Source: an uncultured Succinivibrio sp. (GTDB taxonomy: Bacteria; Pseudomonadota; Gammaproteobacteria; Enterobacterales; Succinivibrionaceae). From it: a DNA stretch of 54,169 nucleotides. The notes under the pieces are model-generated. The model saw only the letters and a program-made list of their open reading frames with translations. It was not told where the DNA came from and did not search any database. Location: the NCBI GenBank assembly GCA_905186145.1, contig LR994470.1, forward strand, positions 1,117,376 through 1,171,544, written 5' to 3'. Of this stretch, positions 27,535-37,238 are shown piece by piece (the first letter of the stretch is position 1; each line of letters starts with the position of its first letter). The position numbers and the translations under genes were made by a program.

Positions 27535-30090
27535 GTGAAGAGAATGCTTATTAACGCCACGCAAATCGAAGAGGTTCGCGTAGCTCTTGTTGATGGTCAA
27601 AAGCTGTATGATCTAGACATTGAATCTCCACAGCATGCCAATAAGAAAGCCAATATCTACAAAGGAACGATTACTCGCATTGAGCCTAGTCTTGAAGCCG
27701 CTTTCGTTGATTACGGTGTAGAACGCCATGGTTTTCTGCCTTTAAAAGAAATTGCCCGTGAATATTATCCAGCAGGCATTAACTTTAACGATCACGCACA
27801 AGTACGTTCTGCTCTCAAAGAGGGCCAGGAAGTTATTGTTCAGATTGAAAAAGAAGAGCGCGGCCTTAAGGGTGCAGCTCTTACAACTTATATCTCTCTG
27901 GCAGGTAGCTACCTCGTGCTTATGCCAAATAACCCTCGTGCAGGCGGTATCTCCCGTCGTATCGAAGGTGAGGACAGAACCGATCTTAAAGCTGCTTTAA
28001 AGGGACTTACTATTCCTGATGGTATGGGCGTTATTGTCAGAACCGCAGGTGTTGGTAAAACCTCAGAAGAACTTGAGTGGGATCTTTCTATCTTAACTAA
28101 AGTTTGGGACATGATTAAAAAAGCAGCCTCAGGCCGCAAAGCCCCATTCTTAATTCACCAAGAATCTAATATCGCTTTACGCGCTATTCGTGATTATCTG
28201 CGTCCTGACATCGGCGAAATTTTAGTCGACAGTCCTGATAGCTTTGAGCAGATTAAGCACTATGTAGAGCTTGTACGTCCTGAGTTTACCTCCAAAGTGC
28301 ATCTTTACACTGGCAATATTCCGCTCTTTAGCAAATTCCAGATCGAAAGCCAGATTGATACTGCCTATCAGCGTGAGGTTCGCCTCCCTTCAGGCGGTGC
28401 TATCGTAATTGATCCTACCGAAGCTTTAACCTCTATTGATGTTAACTCTGCCAAGGCTACTCGTGGCGGTGACATTGAGGAGACTGCTTTACAGACCAAT
28501 ATCGAAGCTGCAGAAGAAATTGCTCGTCAATTACGTCTGCGCGATGTTGGTGGCTTAGTCGTTATCGATTTTATCGATATGACTCCACTTAAAAACCAGC
28601 GTGAAATTGAAAACAGAATGCGTGATGCTGTACGTCAAGATCGCGCTCGCATCCAGTTTAGTCGCATTTCCCGCTTTGGTTTATTGGAGATGTCCCGTCA
28701 GCGCTTAAGACCTTCTCTTGAAGAGTCAAGCTCTTACGTCTGCCCTATGTGTAACGGCCAGGGTACTTGCCGTGACACCTCTTCTTTAGCTCTTTCCATC
28801 TTAAGACTTATTGAAGAAGAAGCTCATAAGGAAAATATGGGTAATGTTAGCGCTACAGCCTCAGTTGAGGTTGCAACTTTCATGTTAAATGAAAAGCGCT
28901 CTCAGTTAGCTGATATTGAAAAACGTAACAATATCACTATTACCATCATTCCAAACAAATTCTACATGCCACATGAGTATGTAGTTGAGCGTCAGACTGT
29001 AGCTAACGAAACTCATCATAGCTCCTTAGACTCTCTGCGTGAGTTAAATAAGGCCGCTCGTGAAGAGGCTGAAAATGCTCGTGCCAATATCAAAACAGGA
29101 AAAGTAGCTGATGCAACCAAAGACAGCTCCCCTGCTTTAAATACTGACATCTTATCAACCGCTATCACAGCCCCAGCTCCAAAGCCTTCCTCAAAAAGAA
29201 AGCAAAAAGCTGAAGATGAGCATAAAAAAGTAGAACAGCCATCATCCATCATTACCTCAATTAAGAGTTTAATCTCTTCTATTTTTGGCGGTGGTGAGCA
29301 AAAGGATGAACCTGTAAAACCAGCTGAGACTAAAAAGCCACAGCGCTCTAATAACAATCGTCGTAATAACCGTAATAATCAGAAGAATAACTCTGAAAAA
29401 TCTGAGCGTAATGAGAATACCTCAAGACGTCGTCAGAGAAATAATGAGGAAAACTCTGAGAATAACGTAAAAGAGACTAAGAGCCGTCGCAACCGCTCTG
29501 AAAATAAGGTTGAAAAAGCTGAGAATGCAAATGCTAAGCCTCGTCGTAATAGCCGCAAAAATGCTGCTACTGAGGAAAGCTCTGAAAATACTCAGCCCCA
29601 GCCAATACAGCCTAAGAGCCGTCGCAACAACAAGTCTGAAAATGCTGAGGCTCCACAAAAACGTCAGCGCAAGCGCATTTCAAAGCCTGCTGTAGTAACT
29701 CAGGTTAAGGACGAGGAAAATACTGTTGTTTATACTCCTTATGAGTATAAAGAGCGTACCTATACCTTCGCTGAGAGTGCTCAAGGCGAGGACTTAAATG
29801 TTGATTTTACCCAAGAGGTAAAACAACGCAATTTAGATCAAGGCTATGAGTATGAACATGCTCAAAAGACCGGCTGTCTTACTGATGCTGAAATTGCTTC
29901 TTTAGAAGGTATCACCGAGCCTGTAATGTACCCTGTAGATTACACTCAAGTTCCATCCGAGCGCGACAATAACAATCTTGAAGACTTTGACAAGTCAGAA
30001 AGAGCTGGTGGTTTAAATGGTGCTTCTGAAAATGTAGCCACTACCTTCATCAATACCGTAGAAGATGGTGAAACCTACTTAAAAGACTAA
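27535..30090 (+). CDS. rne: Ribonuclease E (851 aa)
   Basis: [10 protein letters not shown] start (GTG), S1 domain, IDVNS and DFIDM catalytic Asp residues, CPMC Zn-link, amphipathic [16 protein letters not shown] membrane helix, Arg/Asn-rich CTD. Confidence 0.98.
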   Translation: MKRMLINATQIEEVRVALVDGQKLYDLDIESPQHANKKANIYKGTITRIEPSLEAAFVDYGVERHGFLPLKEIAREYYPAGINFNDHAQVRSALKEGQEVIVQIEKEERGLKGAALTTYISLAGSYLVLMPNNPRAGGISRRIEGEDRTDLKAALKGLTIPDGMGVIVRTAGVGKTSEELEWDLSILTKVWDMIKKAASGRKAPFLIHQESNIALRAIRDYLRPDIGEILVDSPDSFEQIKHYVELVRPEFTSKVHLYTGNIPLFSKFQIESQIDTAYQREVRLPSGGAIVIDPTEALTSIDVNSAKATRGGDIEETALQTNIEAAEEIARQLRLRDVGGLVVIDFIDMTPLKNQREIENRMRDAVRQDRARIQFSRISRFGLLEMSRQRLRPSLEESSSYVCPMCNGQGTCRDTSSLALSILRLIEEEAHKENMGNVSATASVEVATFMLNEKRSQLADIEKRNNITITIIPNKFYMPHEYVVERQTVANETHHSSLDSLRELNKAAREEAENARANIKTGKVADATKDSSPALNTDILSTAITAPAPKPSSKRKQKAEDEHKKVEQPSSIITSIKSLISSIFGGGEQKDEPVKPAETKKPQRSNNNRRNNRNNQKNNSEKSERNENTSRRRQRNNEENSENNVKETKSRRNRSENKVEKAENANAKPRRNSRKNAATEESSENTQPQPIQPKSRRNNKSENAEAPQKRQRKRISKPAVVTQVKDEENTVVYTPYEYKERTYTFAESAQGEDLNVDFTQEVKQRNLDQGYEYEHAQKTGCLTDAEIASLEGITEPVMYPVDYTQVPSERDNNNLEDFDKSERAGGLNGASENVATTFINTVEDGETYLKD

Positions 30091-30108
30091 TTTGTAAATC
30101 ACACATAA

Positions 30109-30130
30109 AAGGGCAAGCTTAAAGCTTGCC
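30109..30130. repeat. Left copy of the 22-bp direct repeat; also a bidirectional terminator (rne/DeoR)
   Basis: AAGGGCAAGCTTAAAGCTTGCC, identical to 40862-40883. Confidence 0.9.
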
Positions 30131-30151
30131 CTTATTCTTATAGACTTTCAA

Positions 30152-30910
30152 TTAAACCAAAATTAGCTCAACGCCTAGTTTTATAATTTCATTAGCAACA
30201 TCTTTTGATAAACCATTATCTGTAATAATGGTATCTATTTCAGACAATTGTGCAACCTCATAAAGTTGGCTCTTTCCGTACTTACTACTATCTGCAACTA
30301 CAATTTTATGTGAGCTTACTTTCGCTAAATCCCGCTTTAAATTAGCTTTTTCTATTGTTGGAGCAGTAATGCCACAACGTAAATCCCACGCATTACAACT
30401 AATAAAAGTATAAGAAGGATGAATTGCATTAATTACTTCTCTAGCCTTATCTCCAATACAGGATTGAGAGGAGTTATCTATAGTACCCCCTGTTAAGCTC
30501 ACCTCTGACTTTGAATTACTATCTGCAAGCAAAATACCAATATGAAGATCTGTTGTAATAACCTTTAAAGGTACATCTATAAGACACCTTGCAATTTCAA
30601 TTGTTGTGGTTCCTGCATCAAATAAAACACTATCACCAGGTTTAATTAATTCAGCAGCTTTTTTTGCTATACGTAATTTTTGTTCATGATGCATTCTTTG
30701 CTTTTCTGATGTTGTTGGCTGTCTACTTGGAGAATCTTTTAAAGAAACACCTCCATGAACACGATAAACAGCCCCCGCTTTGTCTAATTTTATTAGATCT
30801 CGCCTAATAGTGGCAGGAGATGCCCCTGTTACATCTACAAGATCATCAACTGTTGCCAAACTTTTAGTTTTAAGAAACTCCAATATTTTTTCTTGACGGG
30901 ATACAAACAT
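30152..30910 (-). CDS. DeoR/GlpR (YgbI-like) transcriptional regulator
   Basis: SPATIRRDL, RVHGG and FDAGTTT motifs. Start set at ATG 30910 with GAGGA SD. Confidence 0.93.
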   Translation of the reverse strand: MFVSRQEKILEFLKTKSLATVDDLVDVTGASPATIRRDLIKLDKAGAVYRVHGGVSLKDSPSRQPTTSEKQRMHHEQKLRIAKKAAELIKPGDSVLFDAGTTTIEIARCLIDVPLKVITTDLHIGILLADSNSKSEVSLTGGTIDNSSQSCIGDKAREVINAIHPSYTFISCNAWDLRCGITAPTIEKANLKRDLAKVSSHKIVVADSSKYGKSQLYEVAQLSEIDTIITDNGLSKDVANEIIKLGVELILV

Positions 30911-30984
30911 ATCTAATCCTCGCATCATTATTTTTATTGCCTAATACATATATTATCAAATTTTTACTGCTTTAAGGATTATTT

Positions 30985-31000
30985 TGATTATAAACAATCA
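30985..31000. promoter_or_regulatory. Candidate DeoR operator 1
   Basis: TGATT-ATAAAC-AATCA (TGATT-N6-AATCA). Confidence 0.6.
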
Positions 31001-31035
31001 TTTTTATATTTTTTTTGATTAAATATTTTGAAATG

Positions 31036-31051
31036 CGTGATTATCTTCACG
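31036..31051. promoter_or_regulatory. CRP-like site
   Basis: CGTGA-TTATCT-TCACG with an A-rich left flank. Confidence 0.55.
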
Positions 31052-31063
31052 GTTTATATAATA

Positions 31064-31079
31064 TGATTGACTATAATCA
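31064..31079. promoter_or_regulatory. Candidate DeoR operator 2
   Basis: TGATT-GACTAT-AATCA. Confidence 0.6.
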
Positions 31080-31111
31080 CAAATGATGATTATTTATATA
31101 AGGTAATACAA

Positions 31112-33415
31112 ATGGATCTCAAACTTGCAATCATTGCAGATGATCTTACTGGAGCAAATGATAGCTCAGTACAATTTTCCACAAAAGGATTAAACACAGC
31201 AGTTGCCATTCCTGGAGCCGATATTTCGTGTATAAAAAATATCGAAGTATTGGTTTTAGATTGTGAAAGTAGAGATATTCCAAAAGATAACGCTTATTCA
31301 GCAGTTTTTTCAGCTACAAAAAAATTACTCAAATTAAACAACAAAATTAACATTTATAAAAAAGTAGACTCTACTTTAAGAGGTAATATTGGTGCTGAAT
31401 TAGAGGCCTTATATAAATCTTATGAACCATCTTTTATTGTTTTCGCCCCTGCTTTTATCGAAGGTGGCAGAACCACTATACATGGTTATCAATACCTGCA
31501 TGGAAAAAAACTTGAAGAGACAGAACTTGCAAATATTCCAAAGAGCCCTGTTACAAGTTCTTTTATTCCAGAAATTATTGCTAAACAAACAAATTTAAAA
31601 ACAGCTATATTAGATTTAAGTGTTATAAATCAAGGTGTTCATGCAATAGAAAACAGTTTACAAAAAATAATTAGTAGTGATATAAAAATCGTTATTTCAG
31701 ATGCAAAAAAAATAGAAGATCTTGATTTATTAGTAAATTGTTTACAAAAGTATGAAAAAGTAATTTATGCAGGATCCGCAGGTCTTGCAAAATCTTTATC
31801 AAAATTTATCCAATCTTCAAAAATTGAAGATGTGATTCCAAAAGCAAAAAAGATCTTGGTACTAGCAGGCTCAATAAGTGCAGTAACAAGATCTCAGTGC
31901 AAAAATCTTCTTAATTTAAGAAATGTAAAATTATTTGCCGCCGATCCTGTAGAAACAATAAAAAAAACAAATCTTTATGCTCAAAAAGTTTCACGTCAAA
32001 TAATAAATATGCAAAAAGACACCGATGTTATTTTAGTTTGTGGTGCCTTTAACGAAAATGACGTCCACAAAAGTTCCGAAGCAGGTTCTGAAATTGGGTT
32101 AAATTTCTTTGAATGTGGTGAGCGTATAGCTTGCTTTATGGCATCTTTAATGAATAGGTGCGCTGATTATTTCGATGCTTTTATCTTAACAGGCGGAGAT
32201 ACAGCTATACATGCGTGCAACTCTTGTGACGCAAATATACTAAAAATTTTAAAAGAAATTGAGCCTGGAATCCCACTTTTAAAAATAGCTTACGGCAAAC
32301 AAAAAGAAAAATACGTTATCACAAAAGCAGGTGCTTTTGGCAATCCACTTAGCTTAGTCAACTCAGTAAAAGTTCTATCTAACTCTTTAAAGAGGACCAC
32401 TATTATGAAAAAACCTACCATAGGTCTTACCATGGGAGATCCTGCTGGTATCGGCTCGGAGATTATTATTAAATCACTACAGGATCCCCAAATATATGAA
32501 AAAGCACGCCCTGTTGTATTCGGAGATGCTAAGCAGTTAAAACGTCTAATAAAAATTTTAAAATTGAATATCGACGTTCACAAAATAAACAACATAAAAG
32601 ACGCAAGCCCTTCTATAAATAGAATTGAAGTTGTAGATCTTGATAATGTTCCTGAAGATATTCCTTTTGGTCAAATAAATCCAATTTGTGGTAATGCAGC
32701 ATTTGAATATATTGAAGCAGCAATAAAGGCTCATCTTGCTCATCAAATACAAGCAATAGTTACAGCCCCTCTAAATAAAGAAGCTTTACATGCAGGAGGT
32801 CATAACTTTCCTGGACACACAGAGATTTTAGCTACTTTAACAGGAACTAAAGATTACTCAATGATGCTAGTAAGTCCAAAACTCAGAGTTATACATGTTT
32901 CGACTCATGTTTCTTTACGTGGTGCTTGCGATGCTTGTAAAAAAGAACGTGTCTATAGAGTAATAAAACTAGCTGACGACACCTTGAAACTTATGGGTTT
33001 TGAAAATCCTCGTATTGCAGTATCAGGATTAAATCCTCACTGTGGAGAACACGGATTATTTGGCAATGAAGATATAGAAGAAATTGTACCTGCTGTAGAA
33101 AAAGCTCAAGGTGAGGGCATAAATGTACAAGGTCCAATAGCTCCTGATACAGTATTTCATAGAGCCGCTAATAAAAACGAATTTGATATTGTCGTTGTTC
33201 AATACCATGACCAAGGACATATTCCACTTAAAGTATTAGGTTTTAGCTCAGGTGTAAATATTACAGTAGGCCTTCCTATTATTAGAACATCTGTTGACCA
33301 CGGAACCGCTTTTGAAATTGCAGGAAAAGGTATAGCAGATTCTGAATCAATGACTGCCGCCATGGAGATAGGAGCACAAATGGCTTCTGTCAAATTTGCT
33401 AACGAATTAATTTAA
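31112..33415 (+). CDS. Fusion: DUF1537 four-carbon acid sugar kinase (DtnK-like) + PdxA2 4-phospho-tetronate dehydrogenase
   Basis: N-half IIADDLTGAND, YKKVDSTLRG, TGGDT and TKAGAFG; C-half TMGDPAGIG, GHTE, HVSTH, GLNPH, YHDQGH and RTSVDHGTAF. Start set at ATG 31112 (AAGGT SD). Internal AGAGGA SD and in-frame ATG at 32405. Confidence 0.9.
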   Translation: MDLKLAIIADDLTGANDSSVQFSTKGLNTAVAIPGADISCIKNIEVLVLDCESRDIPKDNAYSAVFSATKKLLKLNNKINIYKKVDSTLRGNIGAELEALYKSYEPSFIVFAPAFIEGGRTTIHGYQYLHGKKLEETELANIPKSPVTSSFIPEIIAKQTNLKTAILDLSVINQGVHAIENSLQKIISSDIKIVISDAKKIEDLDLLVNCLQKYEKVIYAGSAGLAKSLSKFIQSSKIEDVIPKAKKILVLAGSISAVTRSQCKNLLNLRNVKLFAADPVETIKKTNLYAQKVSRQIINMQKDTDVILVCGAFNENDVHKSSEAGSEIGLNFFECGERIACFMASLMNRCADYFDAFILTGGDTAIHACNSCDANILKILKEIEPGIPLLKIAYGKQKEKYVITKAGAFGNPLSLVNSVKVLSNSLKRTTIMKKPTIGLTMGDPAGIGSEIIIKSLQDPQIYEKARPVVFGDAKQLKRLIKILKLNIDVHKINNIKDASPSINRIEVVDLDNVPEDIPFGQINPICGNAAFEYIEAAIKAHLAHQIQAIVTAPLNKEALHAGGHNFPGHTEILATLTGTKDYSMMLVSPKLRVIHVSTHVSLRGACDACKKERVYRVIKLADDTLKLMGFENPRIAVSGLNPHCGEHGLFGNEDIEEIVPAVEKAQGEGINVQGPIAPDTVFHRAANKNEFDIVVVQYHDQGHIPLKVLGFSSGVNITVGLPIIRTSVDHGTAFEIAGKGIADSESMTAAMEIGAQMASVKFANELI

Positions 33416-33455
33416 TTATTTTTAAATTAAATATTTCAAAAATATGGAGTTTTTG

Positions 33456-34337
33456 ATGTTTAAACCATATGGAATAATTACACCTGTTTTAACAGCTTTA
33501 GACGACAAAGAAAATTTTAATAAAGAAGCATATCAAAAATTTATCGATAAACTCATTAAAGCTGGTGTTCACGGAATTTTTGCCTTAGGGACTAATGGTG
33601 AATTCTACGCATTTAATGCTGAAGAAAAAATAGAAATAATTAAAGCAGCTCGCGAGGCTGTAGATGGCCGTGTACCTTTCTATGCTGGAACTGGATGCAT
33701 TACTACTAAAGAAACCATTGAACTTACAAAAGAAGTTGAGGCTTTAGGTGGTGTTGATTGCCTATCAATTATATCCCCATACTTTGTTGGCATTTCGCAA
33801 GACGATCTTTATCGTCATTTTAAGGATGTATCAAAATCAACTTCATTACCTGTTCTTCTTTACAATATTCCAGCAAGAACCGGAAACAATATTGATTATA
33901 AAACAGTAAAAAAATTAGCCGCAGAATGTCCTAATATCATTGGTATCAAAGATAGTTCAGGTAATTTTGACAATACACTCAAATATATTGAAAACACAGA
34001 TCCTCGTTTAAACGTATTAGCCGGATCTGATTCTTTGATTTTATGGACATTACAAGCAGGTGGAACTGGATCTATTTCCGGATGCTCAAATGTTTTCCCT
34101 GAACTTATGGTTTCTATATATAACCTATGGAAAGAAGGCAAATTTGTTGAAGCAAATGAGGCTCAAAAAAAGATTCGTCCATTTAGAAATGTTATGCAAA
34201 TGGGAAATCCAAACTCTGTTGTAAAACGAGCTTCTGATTTATTAGGAAATGGAACTGGTCCTGCTAGATCTCCATCCAATATAAACAATAAAGCTATTGA
34301 TGAGGCTTTACTTGAAGTCTTTAAACTCTACAAGTAA
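33456..34337 (+). CDS. DapA/NanA (DHDPS/NAL) family lyase/aldolase
   Basis: GTNGE, LYNIP (Tyr) and IGIKDSSG (Schiff-base Lys). Start set at ATG 33456 (GGAG SD). Confidence 0.9.
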   Translation: MFKPYGIITPVLTALDDKENFNKEAYQKFIDKLIKAGVHGIFALGTNGEFYAFNAEEKIEIIKAAREAVDGRVPFYAGTGCITTKETIELTKEVEALGGVDCLSIISPYFVGISQDDLYRHFKDVSKSTSLPVLLYNIPARTGNNIDYKTVKKLAAECPNIIGIKDSSGNFDNTLKYIENTDPRLNVLAGSDSLILWTLQAGGTGSISGCSNVFPELMVSIYNLWKEGKFVEANEAQKKIRPFRNVMQMGNPNSVVKRASDLLGNGTGPARSPSNINNKAIDEALLEVFKLYK

Positions 34338-34353
34338 TGGAATGAGGTAGAAA

Positions 34354-35520
34354 ATGTCCATATATTCCCAAACTTCCATTAGACGCATTATTGGCGGAGA
34401 AGGATCTATTTCGCAATCTTACGATATTGCTAAATCTTTTAATGCAAAAAATGTTGTTTTAATAACAGATAAAGTTGTCTACGAATTAGGATTAACTAAA
34501 ACCGCCGAAGAATATTTGGCAAAGGCCGGTTGTAATATACACATAATAAACGATGTTCCACCAGAACCTTCAGTAGCGCAAGTAAACCACATTTATGAAC
34601 AAGCAAAAGCTGTTGATTGTGATTTGTTAGTAGCTATTGGTGGTGGCTCATCCATGGATACTACAAAATTAGTTTCTTTATTATTAACAAACTCTATTTC
34701 TTTGGTTGAAATGGTTAAAGGAGCCAAACCTTCAAACAAAGGAATTCCAACATTATTTGTACCAACAACAGCAGGAACAGGATCAGAAGCTACGCCAAAT
34801 GCCATAGTTTTAGTTCCTGACGAAAATTTAAAAGTTGGAATTGTATGCGATTTTGAGGTTGCTGATGCTGTTATATTAGATCCAAATTTAACAAAAGATC
34901 TTCCTAAACCTATCACAGCAAATACCGGTGTTGATGCACTTTGCCACTTAATGGAATGTTTTATTTCAAAAAAATCAAATCCATTATCTGATGCTTTTGC
35001 TATTGCTGGAATAAAACTAGTTGGGGAAAGTTTAAGAGAATGTTATAAAAACGGCTCCAACCTAGTTGCACGTGAAAAAATGCTATTAGCATCGTGTTAT
35101 GGTGGTATATGCATAGCATCATCATCCACAACAGCAATACATGCTCTATCATACCCTTTAGGGGGACGCTATCACATTCCACATGGTTTATCTAATGCTA
35201 TTTTAATGCCTTTAATAATGGACTTTAACAAAGACTATTGTAAAGAAAAATATTGCATTATGGCTCAAGCTTTTGGATTAGAAACAACCGGTAAAACAAA
35301 AGATGAAATAGCTCAACAATTTGTTGAAGAACTATACTCTCTAAATCGAGATTTAAATATTAAATGCGATTTAAAAGCTGTTGGTGTTACAGAAGATGTA
35401 ATATCATCTTTAGTTGACGGAGCCTCTAAAGTAACAAGATTATTAAATAATAACCCTAAGCCTTTAAGCAAAAGTGATATGTACAAAATTTATGAAAATT
35501 TGTTAAAAGCTAATGCTTAA
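34354..35520 (+). CDS. Iron-containing alcohol dehydrogenase family protein
   Basis: GGGSSMD, PTTAGTGSE, DALCH and HALSYPLG...HIPHG motifs. Confidence 0.93.
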   Translation: MSIYSQTSIRRIIGGEGSISQSYDIAKSFNAKNVVLITDKVVYELGLTKTAEEYLAKAGCNIHIINDVPPEPSVAQVNHIYEQAKAVDCDLLVAIGGGSSMDTTKLVSLLLTNSISLVEMVKGAKPSNKGIPTLFVPTTAGTGSEATPNAIVLVPDENLKVGIVCDFEVADAVILDPNLTKDLPKPITANTGVDALCHLMECFISKKSNPLSDAFAIAGIKLVGESLRECYKNGSNLVAREKMLLASCYGGICIASSSTTAIHALSYPLGGRYHIPHGLSNAILMPLIMDFNKDYCKEKYCIMAQAFGLETTGKTKDEIAQQFVEELYSLNRDLNIKCDLKAVGVTEDVISSLVDGASKVTRLLNNNPKPLSKSDMYKIYENLLKANA

Positions 35521-35526
35521 AAAAAC

Positions 35527-35559
35527 AAACGCCTTGTGATTAATATACAAGGCGTTTTT
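35527..35559 (+). terminator. Intrinsic terminator after Fe-ADH
   Basis: AAACGCCTTGT...ACAAGGCGTTT followed by T run. Confidence 0.8.
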
Positions 35560-35647
35560 CTTACAAATTCATATTAAATCACCTCATTTTAAATAAACTA
35601 CAATAATATCAATATATTAGTGCACGTATTTTTTTATAAATCAATAT

Positions 35648-35663
35648 TGATTTATAATAATCA
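35648..35663. promoter_or_regulatory. Candidate DeoR operator 3 (upstream of the TRAP operon)
   Basis: TGATT-TATAAT-AATCA, same geometry as 30985 and 31064. Confidence 0.5.
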
Positions 35664-35919
35664 TATTTATTATTAAGCAATCATTTTTTCTTAAAAAAAA
35701 CATCAAAAAATATAAAAAAACACATTTTTTTATTAAAAATAGTACTCATTTATACCCATAACTAATAAGAAATCATTACTTATAAATTTGTATTATCTTT
35801 TTAAGATTGTTATTAAACAAATAACAATTTTGTCGTTATAAATTATCAAGTTAATTTCAAACAACAATCACAAAATAACTTTAATTTATAGAAAAAAATA
35901 AATATGAAAAATATTTTTG

Positions 35920-35935
35920 CGTGATATAAATCATA
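35920..35935. promoter_or_regulatory. CRP-like site upstream of the TAXI SBP
   Basis: CGTGA-TATAAA-TCATA; shares TGCGTGAT with the 31036 site. Confidence 0.4.
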
Positions 35936-36048
35936 ATTTAATCATAAAAAATAATTTTTGATTAAAAATACTACTATACTTCTTAACATAAAAGATCAAA
36001 GACATCTTTACTAATAAAATCAAACATTCAAATAGAGGGTATTAAGTT

Positions 36049-37080
36049 ATGGCTTTAACATTAAAAAAAATCTCTGTTGCATGCGCTATTGCTACTTTTT
36101 CTTTATATTCAGGATTTGCCCAAGCCGCACCAGCTCCACTCACAGAGCCTGTAAAATTGACTTTTGCAGCTCAAGAAGTTGGAACAGCTGCTTATAACTA
36201 TGCAAGCGCTCTGCAGGCAGTAATGATTAAAGGATTACCTGAAGGCTCCTCTATCAATATTACAACTTCATCTCCTGGAGCTGTAGGCGCTCCTATTATC
36301 GTAAATGGTGGAAAAAAAGCTGACATCATTATGTCAAACTCTGCCCCTGCTCGTTGGTCTTACGAAACAGGCATTTTAGGCAAAGCTCCTACCAAAAATA
36401 TTGCCTCTTTAGGTGGTGGTTTTGGCCATGATTTTGTAAACGTAATGTTTACTCAAAAATTTGTTGAAAAAACTGGTATCAAAACCATTGAAGATTTAGT
36501 TGCACAAAAATACCCTGTAAAGATTGTTATTAAAAAGAATGGTTCTTTAGGAGAACTTTCTGCAGAAAAGGTCTTTGAAGCTTTAGGTGTCACTTTTGAT
36601 GATATTGAAAAATGGGGCGGTGTAGTTGAAAAAACTGGTGGCGATGCCATTAAATCAGGTCTTCAAGATGATATCTATGATATGACTATTGATCACATTG
36701 GTGCAGGTCAATCAAACACAACAGAATTATGTTTGACACATGATATGTATGACGTTCAATTGGCTGACTCTACTTTACAAAAATTAGTCGATATGGGTTA
36801 CGACTATGTCGAAGTTGCTCCTAATACTTGGAAAGGTCAAGAAACTGCTATTAAATCAGTTGGCTCTCAACAAGAGGTATTAGTTTCTACTTCTATGGAT
36901 GAATCCGTAGCTTATGCTTTAACAAAAGCAATCATCGAAAATAAAGATGAATTATCACAAGCAGTTTCAGCTATGAAATATTTTGCCCCTCAAACTGCCG
37001 GAACTAAAGCTATCACTGGCGTAGATTTACATCCAGGTGCAGCAGCTTACTACAACGAAAAAGGATTACCTTCTAAATAG
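36049..37080 (+). CDS. TAXI family TRAP transporter solute-binding protein
   Basis: Signal peptide AQA; GTAAY-type N-terminal motif and DLHPGAAAYYNEKG C-terminus; adjacent fused permease. Confidence 0.88.
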   Translation: MALTLKKISVACAIATFSLYSGFAQAAPAPLTEPVKLTFAAQEVGTAAYNYASALQAVMIKGLPEGSSINITTSSPGAVGAPIIVNGGKKADIIMSNSAPARWSYETGILGKAPTKNIASLGGGFGHDFVNVMFTQKFVEKTGIKTIEDLVAQKYPVKIVIKKNGSLGELSAEKVFEALGVTFDDIEKWGGVVEKTGGDAIKSGLQDDIYDMTIDHIGAGQSNTTELCLTHDMYDVQLADSTLQKLVDMGYDYVEVAPNTWKGQETAIKSVGSQQEVLVSTSMDESVAYALTKAIIENKDELSQAVSAMKYFAPQTAGTKAITGVDLHPGAAAYYNEKGLPSK

Positions 37081-37089
37081 TAAGTAAAT

Positions 37090-37117
37090 AAAGAAGGTGT
37101 AATTTAACACCTTCTTT
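37090..37117 (+). terminator. Hairpin between SBP and permease (partial terminator or mRNA stabiliser)
   Basis: AAAGAAGGTGT-N6-ACACCTTCTTT; a second hairpin lies at 37148-37184. Confidence 0.65.
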
Positions 37118-37238
37118 CAATTGAAATTTATAGATAAAAATTCTTTTAACGGTATTTAGTAATTAGCCAAATATAAATACCGTTTTTTATCTTCATAAAC
37201 TTTTATTTGTTCATCAAACACTGAAAAAAAGGTTCATC

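Noticed and set aside
29330-29690. Arg/Asn-rich quasi-repeats in rne (e.g. AAGAGCCGTCGCAAC twice) as a repeat element
   Set aside because: Ordinary low-complexity RNA-binding region of the RNase E CTD; no regular period.
30985-31079. FNR boxes in the deoR/kinase spacer
   Set aside because: The dyads are TGAT-N8-ATCA, not the FNR TTGAT-N4-ATCAA spacing.
33456-34337. Housekeeping dapA (lysine synthesis) or nanA (sialic acid lyase)
   Set aside because: GTNGE rather than GTTGE/GSTGE, catabolic context, and no nanK/nanE nearby; family assignment only.
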